Shown one piece after another: positions 1-10,440 of a DNA stretch of 64,000 nucleotides; positions within the stretch are counted from its first letter, which is position 1; each line of letters begins with the position of its first letter. The position numbers were made by a program, and so were the translations under genes. The DNA lies in NCBI RefSeq assembly GCF_964194155.1, contig NC_135901.1, forward strand, positions 30,566,001-30,630,000. Reading direction: 5' to 3'. Below the pieces are notes generated by a model. It saw only the letters and a program-made list of their open reading frames with translations, ran no database searches and had not been told where the DNA came from. Source of the DNA: Cetorhinus maximus. Its lineage: Eukaryota.

Positions 1-770
1 CCTGCCACTCAACCAATTCTGGATCCAATTTGCCTAATTGCCTTGGATCCCATGGGCTCTTACCTTCGTTATCAGTCCCCCACGCGGTACCTTATCAAAA
101 GCCTTGCTGAAGTCCAAGTAGACTATGTCAAATGCATTGCCCTCATCTACACACCTGGTCACCTCTTTGAAAAATTCAATCAAATTGGTCAGACATGACT
201 TCCCCTAAACAAAACCATGCTGACTGTCCTTGATTAATTCCTGCCTCTCCAAGTCTGTCCCTCAGAATTGCTTCCAATAGTTTCCCCATCACTGAGGTTA
301 GACTGACTGGCCTGTAGTTCCCTGGTTTATCCCTTCCTCTCTTCTTGAATAGCGGTACCCCATTGGCTGTCCTCCAGTCCTCTGGCACCTCTCCTGTGGC
401 CAGAGAGGTATTGAAAATTATTGCCTGTGCCCCTGTTATCTCCTCCTTTGCCTCACGCAACAGCCTGGGATACATTTCATCCGGGCCTGGAGATTTATCT
501 ACTCTTAATCCTGTCAGACCACTGAGAACCTCCTCCCTTTAAATGCTAATTTCTTTAATTACATCACAGTTCTTCTGCCTGATTTCCAAACGCACGTCAC
601 CCCTCTCACTTGTGAACAATGACACAAAGCATACATTTGGAACCCTACCAACATCGTCCGGCCTATAGCACACTGTACCCTCTCTCGTTCCCCAAAAGCT
701 GCAAATCTCCACCCCACACACAGTCCCTGTATTCTCACTCTGCTACACTCTCTCCATTCTAAATTTAATC
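1..770 (-). mobile_element. CR1 LINE ORF2 (RT region) fragment
   Basis: ORF 176..475 reads PRLLREAKEEI..PEDWRTAN.VPLFKK..RDKPGNYRPVSLTS, a typical CR1 pre-RT motif. Disrupted; continues off the left edge. Confidence 0.9.
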
Positions 771-1133
771 TACCCGGTATACACCCAATCATACTGTACT
801 TAAAAGGTATGGTACTCTATTACATGATTGGAGACACATGGGCTGTGAGCAAGAACTGTATTTCAGCAGTGAGTTGTGATGACCTGGAACTCACTGTGTA
901 CAAGGGTGGTGGAAGCAGAGATGATCAATGATTTCAAAATGAAATTGGAAAGGCACTTGAAGGAAATAAACTTGCACAGGAATGGGGATATAGAGGGGGA
1001 ATGGGACTGACTGGATTGGTCTACAGAGTCAGCAGGGACTTGAGTTGCTGAATTGACTCCTTCTGTGTCGTAATGAATATATGATGAGAAATATATAACA
1101 TAGTTACAGTACTATATTACAAAACTAGAAATA

Positions 1134-1370
1134 GTCTTTTGGCCGTACAGAGCTTGAGTATTGCTGAAAAAAGAGACATGCTGAAGCTTTTTGTTTTACA
1201 CTCATCAGGACACTTTGCAAAAAGATAAATATAAGGGGAAAACAACAATTTATATTGTATGTGAAGAGAGTGCCGATTGGTTGGCTAGGAGACTTTGATT
1301 GGTAGAGATATTCTTGTGAAGTGTCCTGATGAGTGCAGGATGAAAAGCTTTGACATGTCCCTTTTTTAAG
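1134..1370. mobile_element. Short Penelope-type insertion with inverted hammerhead-containing ends
   Basis: 1165-1222 is the reverse complement of ~1311-1372. Flanked by caaaactagaaata (1120-1133) and caaaactaaaaata (1371-1384). Absent from the paralogous intron at ~13260. Confidence 0.65.
1321..1356 (+). ncRNA. Minimal type I hammerhead ribozyme motif
   Basis: GTGTC-CTGATGA-gtgcaggat-GAAA-AGCTTT-GACAT: stem I GUGUC/GACAU, intact CUGAUGA and GAAA core, palindromic AAGCUU stem III. Confidence 0.65.
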
Positions 1371-2262
1371 CAAAACTAAAAATAAGAATAAATGAACTTA
1401 GTTACAGAACCATAAATAACATGCTAAAATGTCCCCTATCACAACATTAGACGCATCTATGTTCTTTATTACTATACTGTCCAGGGGGCAGAAATCTTAT
1501 TAAATAAAATAAGGGACAGTTCAACGATGGGGCTGGGGGAGGGTGTTGGTGGGATGCTGGTGACCATGAGAGAGGGTTGAGGGCGGGTGTCTGTGTTTCA
1601 ATATGAGAGGGGGTGGGGAAAAGGGGTCTTCAGACAATAATAGTGGGAGTGATGGAGTTTAAAATCAACTAAAACTTACAACTTATCTTGTTCAGTCACA
1701 ACATCATCATCTCTCTGCTGGCCAATTCACTCACTTACCATCCCACTCGAATCACTCAGACTCGCCCTGGAGACTCCTGGGATCAGTTTCCCACAGGCTG
1801 TCCTAGAAATGCAGGACAAAAGGCAAATTAAGGAGCAATCCCTTAAAATACAGGACAGTAAATCACCCGGAAATAGTCCCCTTAAATGTCAGCCATCTCT
1901 TGGGGAAACCACCCCTTTAATTGTGAACATTAGGAAAGAAACCATCCTTTTAGCCAGACAAATAAATGTGTCAAACTGAGGGAGCAAAGGATGTCAATGT
2001 CTTTAAGAGAGAGAGAGAGACCTGGGCCAACCTTTCCAGAGTCTGCACCCTCCCTGGATTCACTTCCTTTCCCTTCAGTTCCTGCAAGTCAACAATTTGC
2101 CCCCAGAATGAGAAAAGAAATGGAAAGGGGGAAACATTGATTTCCTCACAGCTGTTGCCCAGAGGAGGAAGTTTTAGTCTGAAGCTCATTATCCAACTTC
2201 CGCATTGTGACGTCCTGAATCAGCCAATAGGAATCACTCTGCTCCGCGGTGACGTCCTCGGG

Positions 2263-2360
2263 ATCCAAAACAAAAACAAAAATACCTGGAAAAACTCAGC
2301 AGGTCTGGCAGCATCGGCGGAGAGGAACAGTTAATGTTTCGAGTCCGAATGACCCTTCAA
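2263..2360 (-). mobile_element. Penelope-like element terminal fragment between two divergent ZNF promoters
   Basis: aaaacaaaaatacctggaaaaactcagcaggtctggcagcatc..ttcgagtccgaatgacccttcaa, the same terminus as the GIY-YIG-coding copies at 39026 and 61376. Confidence 0.85.
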
Positions 2361-2379
2361 TATAACCAGGGTTCCAGTC

Positions 2380-2703
2380 TGCAGGCCAGGCGCGCGGACA
2401 CGGGAGCCCCGCCCCCACCCATTGTTCCCCCTCCCTCCACCTCCTCCTCCTCCCCTCCTCCTCGAGCCCAAGGTTTCCAGGCAACCGGCTCCGGCCAGAG
2501 CGAGAAGCCACTCGGGAGACGGGAAGCTGCGCATGTGCGGGGGAACCCGCTCCTTCCCTTCAGGCTGAGGGACTGACCAATGGGGAAACTTGGAGGACCG
2601 GAAGGACTCCGGTCCTCCAGGCAATCAGAGCGCGGGCTTTGTGTGAATGAAGATTGAACTTCACACAGACTAAAACTTCCTCCTGTGTTCAACATCTGTG
2701 AGT
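2380..2703 (+). promoter_or_regulatory. ZNF cassette promoter and exon 1 (gene 1)
   Basis: CpG-rich; GC box, TGCGCATG (NRF1-like), CCAAT, ACCGGAAG (ETS). Donor CATCT|GTGAGT at 2698 pairs with acceptor ttttacag ending at 3660. Confidence 0.7.
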
Positions 2704-3029
2704 AAAACACTTTCTTTTCTCCGCCTTTCCATTTCTTTTTTAGTCTTGTAATAAAGTGCTGTAGCTACATTATATATTTCCAGTCATAGAGTCATTATGG
2801 CACAAAAGGACTCCATTCAGCAAATCGAGTCTGTGCCAACTCTCTGGAGAGCAATCCAGTCAGTCTCATTCACCCTCAGTATCTTCATTCTCTCTCCCAG
2901 AAGTTTCCTTCAAGTGCCCATCCAACTTCACTTTTAAATGATTGATCTTCTCTGCTTCCACCACCCCTTAGGCAGCAAGTTCCAGGTCATTACTGCGCGC
3001 TGTCTACATTTTCATTATGTTCTTTCACA

Positions 3030-3300
3030 GGGTCTGGGTGTCACTGGTTAGGCCAGCATTTTAAATGCCCATCCCTAATTGCCCTTGAGAAGGTGGTGTT
3101 GAGCGATCTTATTGAACCGCTGCAGTCCATGTGGTGGAGGTACAGCCACATTGCTTTTAGGGAAGAATGTCGAGGATTTTGACCCAACAACAGAGAAGGA
3201 CCAGCCGATATCTTTCCAAGTCAGTATGGTGAGTGGCTTGGAGGGGAACCTGCAAGTGGTGGTGGTGTTCCCATGCATCTGCTGCCCTTGTCCTACTCGG
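3030..3300 (-). mobile_element. LINE (L2/CR1 group) 3' end fragment
   Basis: Same tail (caccaccttctcaagggcaattagggatgggca) recurs at 19270-19580, 46442-46556 and 48695-48875. Confidence 0.7.
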
Positions 3301-4017
3301 AGGTAAATAAAGTTCTTCTTCACATTCCCCTTGTATCTTAAGCAAGTGATACAGTGCAGTATATGACACATTTTTCATGCTTTAAAATAGACACATATGT
3401 GGTCAACCACCTGCTTGAAGATTTTCAGGTCTCTGTGCCCTGGAGAGGAAGCGGTGAGCATGGATCTGTCAATCAGCATGAACCAGGAGAATTGGGAGGG
3501 TGTATATTAGGTAAAGCAGAGTGAGAATGGAGGGACAGTGTGTGGGACAAAGATTCACACCTTTTGGGGGGTGACAGAAGAAAGAATGTTCCACATGAAT
3601 TAGAATTCTCAGTTCTAAAATGTTATGATGTACTGATTTTTTACAAACTCTTTTTTACAGGATATCAGAAGGGGAGGATTTTCAGACAAAAATCTCAAAA
3701 CAAACATCATGTCAAGATCTGACAGTGTCGCTTGATTCATTGGAATGCGAATACTCTCAAGCTTTGAATCTGGAAGTAGAAATGTTTATCTGTTCTGTCT
3801 GCTTCAAAATATTTTAAATGTTATTTTGACTGGAAAAGCACCGAGACACACATACACCTAAGTGAGAATCTTACAGTGCACTGACTGTGGAAAGAGCTCT
3901 AATCAGTTAAAAAGCCTGAAAAAACATCACAGTGAACAGACACTGTACAAGTATTCCATGTGTGTTCGAGGCTTCAACTGATTGTCAAACCTTGAGATTC
4001 ACAAGGACAACCGCACG

Positions 4018-4524
4018 ATGGAGAAACCGTGGAAATGTGGAGACTGTGGGAAGCGATACCGATTCCCGTCTGAACTGGAAATTCATCATCGCATTCACAC
4101 TGGGGAGAGGCCTTTCACCTGCTCTGAATGTGGAAAGGGATTCACTGGGTCATCCCACCTGCTGACACACCAGCGGGTTCACACCGGGGAGAGACCATTC
4201 ACCTGTTCTGAGTGTGGGAAGGGATTCACTCAGTCACCCAACCTACTGACACACCAGCGAATTCACACTGGGGAGAGGCCGTTCACCTGTTCTGTGTGTG
4301 GGAACAAATTCAGTCAGTTATCCAGCCTGCAGACACACCAGCGAGTTCACACTGGGGAGAGGCCGTTCACCTGCTCTGAGTGTGGGAAAGGATTCACTCA
4401 GTTATCCAGCCTGCAGAAACACCAGAGAATTCACACTGGGGAGGGGCCATTCACCTGCTCTGTGTGTGGGAAGGGATTTGTTCATTTATCCAGCCTGCGG
4501 AGACACAAGCGAGTTCACGAGTGA
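4018..4524 (+). CDS. C2H2 zinc-finger protein, 6 fingers, no effector domain (gene 1)
   Basis: [10 protein letters not shown] start, six CxxC-x12-HxxxH units with TGERPF linkers, stop, conserved 3' UTR and AATAAA at ~4779. Confidence 0.85.
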   Translation: MEKPWKCGDCGKRYRFPSELEIHHRIHTGERPFTCSECGKGFTGSSHLLTHQRVHTGERPFTCSECGKGFTQSPNLLTHQRIHTGERPFTCSVCGNKFSQLSSLQTHQRVHTGERPFTCSECGKGFTQLSSLQKHQRIHTGEGPFTCSVCGKGFVHLSSLRRHKRVHE

Positions 4525-4844
4525 TTCCAGGGGTTGGATTCTGCTGTTGTTGCTGCTGTTAATCACATCCAGGACTGAACCAGGTTCATTCTGACACTTG
4601 GTGAAGTCGGAGGGTCTCTTTCTGCTGGACTGGCCGGTCTCACGACTTTGCTTCCAGTGATGATCTTTGAACCTGGGAGTGCACGTTTCCACTGAATTGA
4701 TCTGCAACAGTGATGAAACACATTTCTTTTATCCTGGATGGTAAATTGTCTTTTTCCTACCACGACAGGTAGATCTAAAATAAATACATTTGTCTCTGTT
4801 CCATTGAGTCCACAGCTCAGGGCCAGGCCAGGCGGCTCAATTGG

Positions 4845-6153
4845 TTGGGTGTATTAGTGAGAGGCAGCATGGTTTTGTGAAGGGGAGGTCGTGTCTCACT
4901 AACTTGATCGAGTTTTTCAAGGAAGTGACAAAGATGATCGACGATGGAAGGGCAGTGGATGTTATATACATGGATTTCAGTAAGGCCTTTGACAAGATCC
5001 CTCATGGCACACTGGTACAGAAGGTAAAGTCGCACGGGATCAGAGGTGAGCTGGCAAGATGGATACAGAATTGGCTTGGTAATAGAAGACAAAGGGTAGC
5101 AGTGGAAGGGTGCTTTTCTGAATGGAGAGCTGTGACCAGTGGAGTTCCACAGGGATCAGTGCTGGGACCTTTGCTGTTTGTGGTATACATAAATGATTTG
5201 GAGGAAAATGTAACTGGGCTAATTAGTAAGTTTGCAGACGACACTAAGGTTGGAGGAGTTGCAGATAGTGAAGAGGATTGTCAAAGGATACAATGGGATA
5301 TAGATCGGTTGGAGACTTGGGCGGAGAAATGGCAGATGGAGTTTAATCCGGACAAATGCGAGGTAATGCATTTTTGAAGGTTTAATACAGTCAGGAATTA
5401 TGCAGTAAATGGCAGAACCCTTAAGTGCATCGACGGGCAGAGGGATCTGGGTGTACAGGTCCACAGGTCACTGAAAGTGGCAACGCAGGTGGATAAGGTA
5501 GTCAGGAAGGCATATGGCATGCTTGCCTTCATTGGCGGGGGTATTGAGTATAAAAGTTGGGAAGTCATGCTGCAGCTGTATAGAACCTTGGTTAGGCCAC
5601 ACTTGGAATATTGCGGGCAATTCTGGTCACCACATTACCAGAAGGATATGGAGGCATTGGAGAGGGTGCAGAGGAGGTTTACCAGGATGCTGCCTGGTCT
5701 GCAGGTTATTAGCTATGAGGAGAGGTTGGAGAAACTCGGTTTGATCTCACTAGAGCGACGTAGATTGAGGGGCAACTTGATAGAAGTTTACAAAATTATG
5801 AGTGGCATGGACAGAGTAGATAGTCAGAAGCTTTTTCCCAGGGTGGAAGAGTCAATTACTAGGGGACGTAGATTTAAGGTGAGAGGAAAAAACTATAGAG
5901 GAGATGTGCGGGGCAAGTTTTTTACGCAGAGGGTAGTGAGTGTCTGGAATTCGCTGCCAGAGGAGGTGGTGGAAGCAGGTACGATAGTGATGTTTAAGAG
6001 GTAGCTTGACAAATACATGAATAGGATGGGAATAGAGGGATACAGACCCCGGAAGTGCAAAATGTTTTAGTTGACGGGCAATATGATCGGCGCAGGCTTG
6101 GAGGGCCAAAGGGCCTGTTCTTGTGCTGTAGTTTTCTTTGTTCTTTGTTCTTG
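4845..6153 (+). mobile_element. 5'-truncated CR1 LINE
   Basis: ORFs 4841..5377 (QHGF..DFSKAFD..GVPQGSVLGP..FADD) and 5477..6004; (TTCTTTG)n tail. Empty site in the paralog at ~47680 (caattgg|tctctgtcag). Confidence 0.95.
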
Positions 6154-6329
6154 TCTCTGTCAGTATTTATACTCCATATGAGCCTCCACTCACCCCTCTT
6201 CATCTCCCCCCATCAGCATATCCTTCTATCCTTTCTCCCTCATGTATGTATCGAGCTTCCACTTAAATGTATTCATGCTATTCACCTCAACCACTCACTG
6301 TGGGAGCGAGTTCCACATTCTCATCACTT

Positions 6330-7120
6330 GCTGGGTAAAGAGGTTTCTCATGAAATCCCTATTGGATTATTAAACCCCTTCCTCATCTTAAAGACTTTCA
6401 GCAGGTGACCCTTCAGTCGTCTCTTTTCTAGAGAAAAGCAGCCCCAGCCTTTCCTGAGGGTTAAATGCTCTCAGTTCTGGGATTATTCTTGTGAATCTGT
6501 GTGGCACCTTCTCCAATGCCTCTATTTCCTTTTTCTAAATGGAGATCACAGATGTTGACAGTGCTCCCAGTGTAGTCTAACCATGGTTCGAAACAAATTG
6601 GACATAACCTCCCTGCTTTTCAATTCTATCCCTCGAGAATGGAACCCGATATCTGGGCCCCACACTTTAGGAAAGATGTGATGTTCTTAGAGAGGGAACA
6701 GAGGAGATTTACGAGAATGGCACCAGGGATGAGGGACTTCAGTAAGTTGGAGAGACTGGAGCAGCTGAAATTTCTCTTTTTGGATCATGGAGTCATTAGC
6801 ACATACAAGGCGGCCATTCAGCCCATCAAGCCCATAATTCCCTTAAGTGCCAATTGGCTTTGGAGTTGTTCATCGTCTCTGCTTCCACCCCCCCTCATAG
6901 GCAGCAAGTTCCAGGTCATTACCACTCACTATGTGAAAATATTCCTCCTCACATCCCCCTGCATCTCCTGCCCACAACCTTAATCTGTGTCCCCCTCATC
7001 CTTGTACCATCAGCGAATGGGAACAGATTTTCTTTGTCCACCTTATCTAAACCTGTCATAATCTTGTACACCTCCATTAAATCTCCCCTCAACCTGCCGG
7101 ATTCAAGGAAAACAGCCCCA
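6330..7120. mobile_element. Old CR1 fragments in both orientations, part of the duplicated 3' flank
   Basis: ORF remnants WAPHFRKDV..ERxQRRFTRM and RLRGDL.EVYKI. The same mosaic occurs at 47990-48690 and 58447-58970. Confidence 0.75.
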
Positions 7121-7148
7121 GACTGACATCTAAAATAAAAAAAAACTA

Positions 7149-8310
7149 TGTTAATACCGGAAATCAATTGGGAATGTTTGATTTCTGTTTTAAAGACATG
7201 ATGAATATATTGTCTTGGACAGTAAAGGAATTGGAGTAACTCACCCGGGTGATCAGTGGAATGTATCAATCTGGTATCCACCTACATTCTAGTGAAAGTC
7301 AGGGAGGTGTAGATGAGATGAATAAGTTGATAGATTTCTCTGGGAGATATTTACATCCTTACCTATGAATTTTGTTTTAAAGAAAACCACATTTGACAGC
7401 CTGGCCACCACCTGAAATATCAGGATCATAACAGGGGGAGATAAGCAAAGACAGACACTCACTTTGGTCTTTTGATAAGCACACCTGAAAGTTCAGAATA
7501 TGTGGCCTGACATCGGGATACCGGTGTGAGTGTGCAGATGTGATTTGTTACATGTGAAGACAATAGGACGCGTAAATTCATGGTGAAGTGGACTAAGGAA
7601 CGGGTCCCAAACATACCCAGCTACTTGACAAACAACATGACATGAAATGGTTAATGTGACCATGAGAATGAGAATATTTTGACATCATCAAAGCACTGAC
7701 ACATACTCCAGAGGGAAACTGACTTTAAAACAATCAGCATAGAATTAAACACACTGGTCATGGTCAAAAAGTGACTAAAATTGAACTAACAGAGATAAAG
7801 ATTTGGATTGGGTCAATTAAGGGCTTGGTAGAAATAATACTGAGTGAGAACTCTCCAGAAGTTGGACAGGGGTAAGGAGAGAGCTGGAGAATCTTTTACA
7901 TCCATGCTTGATCTGTTGCTTGAAGCATATGTCCTTATGTACTAGTAACCTAGAACTCACAGCGCTCCTTCAGGAGAAGAAAAGATTGAGTAGATGTTGC
8001 CCCAGGCGGGACCAGACCAGAACTGGAAAATAACAGAGTGAAATTGAGTGAGGGGTCAGAGAGAGAGTTCTCCTCCCCCTCAAGGTGTGGGCTGTAAGAA
8101 TCCTGGGGCACCCCCTACTTCGGGTTTTCTTGCTAATTAGTGAACACTAAATAAAAACTATGACTGGCTGTGCATTTATTTTTAATTTGATTGTTACACT
8201 TCTCCTGTTTTTATTCCTGTTGTGATTACTCTCTGGGTGAGGATAGTTGACAGGTGACAGGATGGGAAATTGTGGTTTGGGTCTTCATTGACCAAATGTT
8301 TTATTGATCT
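7149..8310. repeat. Non-coding, possibly LTR-derived module duplicated with the ZNF cassettes
   Basis: Closely similar to 58998-59794 plus 63918-64000 (direct) and 43500-43900 (inverted). Starts TGTTAA; no ORF. Confidence 0.6.
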
Positions 8311-8944
8311 GAAAGGTGTAAAAGGGGCCAAACTTCAGCAGAAATCTGGCAGAGCTGAGAACAGATGACTTGCTATGTGGGAACAGGGAGATGAACAGCT
8401 CCCAGAGGACAGAAAGAACAAGAGTGCCTTGAATCCTAGACGACATCTGGGTGTCAAGGCCACCATGTTTTCACTGCTTGGCATGGGAATGCTGACTCCC
8501 TGTACCGGGGACGGAGCGTGGGAAGCCAATTGTTTGAGAGTTTGACGTGGCTTGGGCAGGTACAGATGGTTCAATGACAGGTTTTGTAATTGGTCCGTTC
8601 AAATGTTAGCTCAGCAATGATTGGGTTAAGTCAGTCTCCATAGACTTTGTGATGTAAAAAAGTATCAGAAGGGATTCCCCGAGCACAGAGATTTGTAGAG
8701 GTTTTACATATTGCATTGACTGGTGCCATGGCATCTGGGGCAGACCAGGGAGCATTTACGTGGAGATGGTGCTTCTACCCAGAGTGTAATGGTAATGCTG
8801 CTGCACTTTGATACTACTGCTCAGACATGAGCATGTGTCAGGTCTTATTTATACTGAATGAAATCTAACCACTGTCACCAAAAAGGGTTATCACCGTGAA
8901 TCAATTCAGAGTTTGTGAATGGGGGATAAAGGGTTAATACATAC

Positions 8945-9720
8945 TAATTAGGAGCAGGAGTAGGCCATTCGGCCCCTCAAGCCTGCTCCACCATTCAATA
9001 AGATCATGGCTGATCTGATTATGGTCTCAACTCCACTCTCCTTCCTCGCCTCTGTCCCCTTTCTCACCCTCGGCAATCAAGAATCTATCAAACTCAGCCT
9101 TAACAATATTCAGTGACCCAGCCTCCACTACTAAATAGCAATTGTGTCATTTCTTAAATAAGGAGACCAAAATTGTGCACAATCCTCGAAATGTGGTCTC
9201 ACCAAGGCCCTGTACAGCTGCAGGAAAACATCCCTAATTTTGTATTCCATTCCCCTTGCAATAAATGACAACATGCCATTTGCCTTCGTAATCATTTGTT
9301 GTACCTGAATAATAACGTTTTGTGGTTCATGTACCAGGACGCCCAGATCCCTTTGTACCTCAGAGTTCTGCAATTCCTCTCCATTTAAATAATATGCTTT
9401 TTAAATTCTTCCACCCAACGTGGACAAGTTCACATTTTCCCACATTATACTCCATCTGCCAAATCTTTTGCCCACTTACTCTTCACAAATTATTTTCTTA
9501 CATACCTATAACATCAGCAAATTTAGCTGCCATACATTCAATCCCACCATCCAATTCATTTATATTCATAGCAAATGGTTGAGGGCACAGCATTTATCCC
9601 CTGTGGCACTCCACCTGTCACATCTTATCAATCCGAAAATGGCCCATTTATGCCTACTCTCTGTTTCCTGTTCGCTAACCAATCCTCTATCCATGCTGAT
9701 ATGTTACACCCTCCACCACT
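8945..9720 (-). mobile_element. Decayed CR1 LINE 3' portion
   Basis: ORF 9131..9373 QRDLGVLVH..KANGMLSFIARGMEYK..LYRALVRPH; 3' end aattaggagcaggagtaggccattcggccc. Confidence 0.85.
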
Positions 9721-9904
9721 AGTTCTTACTTTGTGTATTATTTCCTGGCTCCTTTGCCAATTACCTAAGAGGGACTCACTTTCTGTTGAAGAGCCTGCCA
9801 ACCCCTCTCACCCACTTTCCCTAAAGTGAATAAATTTAATCAGGAAATCAGATATTTTTACTGATAAAAGTTTAGTAACGTAACAGATCTGTAGTAACGA
9901 AACA

Positions 9905-10110
9905 GACGGTCTGGAATGCACTGCCTGGGAGGGTGGTGGAGGCAGGTTGCCTCACATCCTTTAAAAAGTACCTGGATGAGCACTTGGCACGTCATAACAT
10001 TCAAGGCTATGGGCCAGGTGCTGGTAAATGGGATTAGGTAGGTAGGTCAGGTGTTTCTCACGTGTTGGTGCAGACTCGAAGGGCCTCTTCTGCACTGTTT
10101 GATTCTGTGA
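9905..10110 (+). mobile_element. CR1 3' end, same subfamily as 35170 and 59795
   Basis: Encodes TVWNALPGRVVEAGCLTSFKKYLDEHLARHNIQGYGP, followed by ggattaggtaggtaggtc. Confidence 0.85.
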
Positions 10111-10291
10111 ATCTTTCCTTAGCTTAATCTATGAAAAACTGGAGAAAAACACTTACTCACTGCTCACCAATCAGCTCTCAACTTTGTGCTGACGTCACTT
10201 TTTGAAGCTTCCCCGCACTCGCGCTGGTTCTGATCTCTCTGCCGCTCTCTCACGCTGTCTTGTGATGTCACTCTAGCTATTTTCACCAAGA

Positions 10292-10440
10292 ACTGACTGC
10301 AGGGCACTCCTCCCAGACTGCTTCACCGCAATGCTGACTACAGGACACTCTTCCCAGACTGCTTCACCACGATGCTGACTGCAGGACGCTCTTCCCAGAC
10401 TGCTTCACCACGATGCTGACTGCAGGGCACTCCTCCCAGA
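10292..10440. repeat. 41-bp tandem repeat, ~3.6 copies
   Basis: Unit gctgactgcaggacgctcttcccagactgcttcaccacgat. Confidence 0.9.

Larger units (their letters stand above)
800..2260 (-). other. Promoter, exon 1 and intron of a minus-strand ZNF cassette whose coding exon is not in the window
   Basis: 1880-2190 is the reverse complement of the exon1/intron-start module found at the other ZNF genes (donor CAGCT|GTGAGG at 2149). 800-1110 resembles intron sequence at 12990-13270. TGACGTC motifs at ~2208 and ~2250, CCAAT at ~2224. Confidence 0.7.

Noticed and set aside
2334-2710. ORFs across promoter modules (also 13771..14165, 20170..20442 and 29864..30297)
   Set aside because: GC-rich sequence is stop-poor; frames are not conserved between paralogous promoters.
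3421-3460. Possible 25-nt microexon (ttttcag|..|gtgagc) in the gene 1 intron
   Set aside because: Splice signals are not preserved at the homologous positions in genes 2, 6 or 9.
3780-4017. Conserved in-frame TGA codons as selenocysteine or programmed readthrough
   Set aside because: TAA stops, indels and a TE insertion also break the leader, most shared TGAs are not at Cys positions, and the only AUGA..AA..GA pattern I noticed in the 3' UTR is too short for a SECIS.
4655-4730. Box C/D snoRNA-like TGATGA..CTGA in the 3' UTR
   Set aside because: Boxes are too close together, the location is exonic, and box C is not kept in paralogs (ctgatgct).
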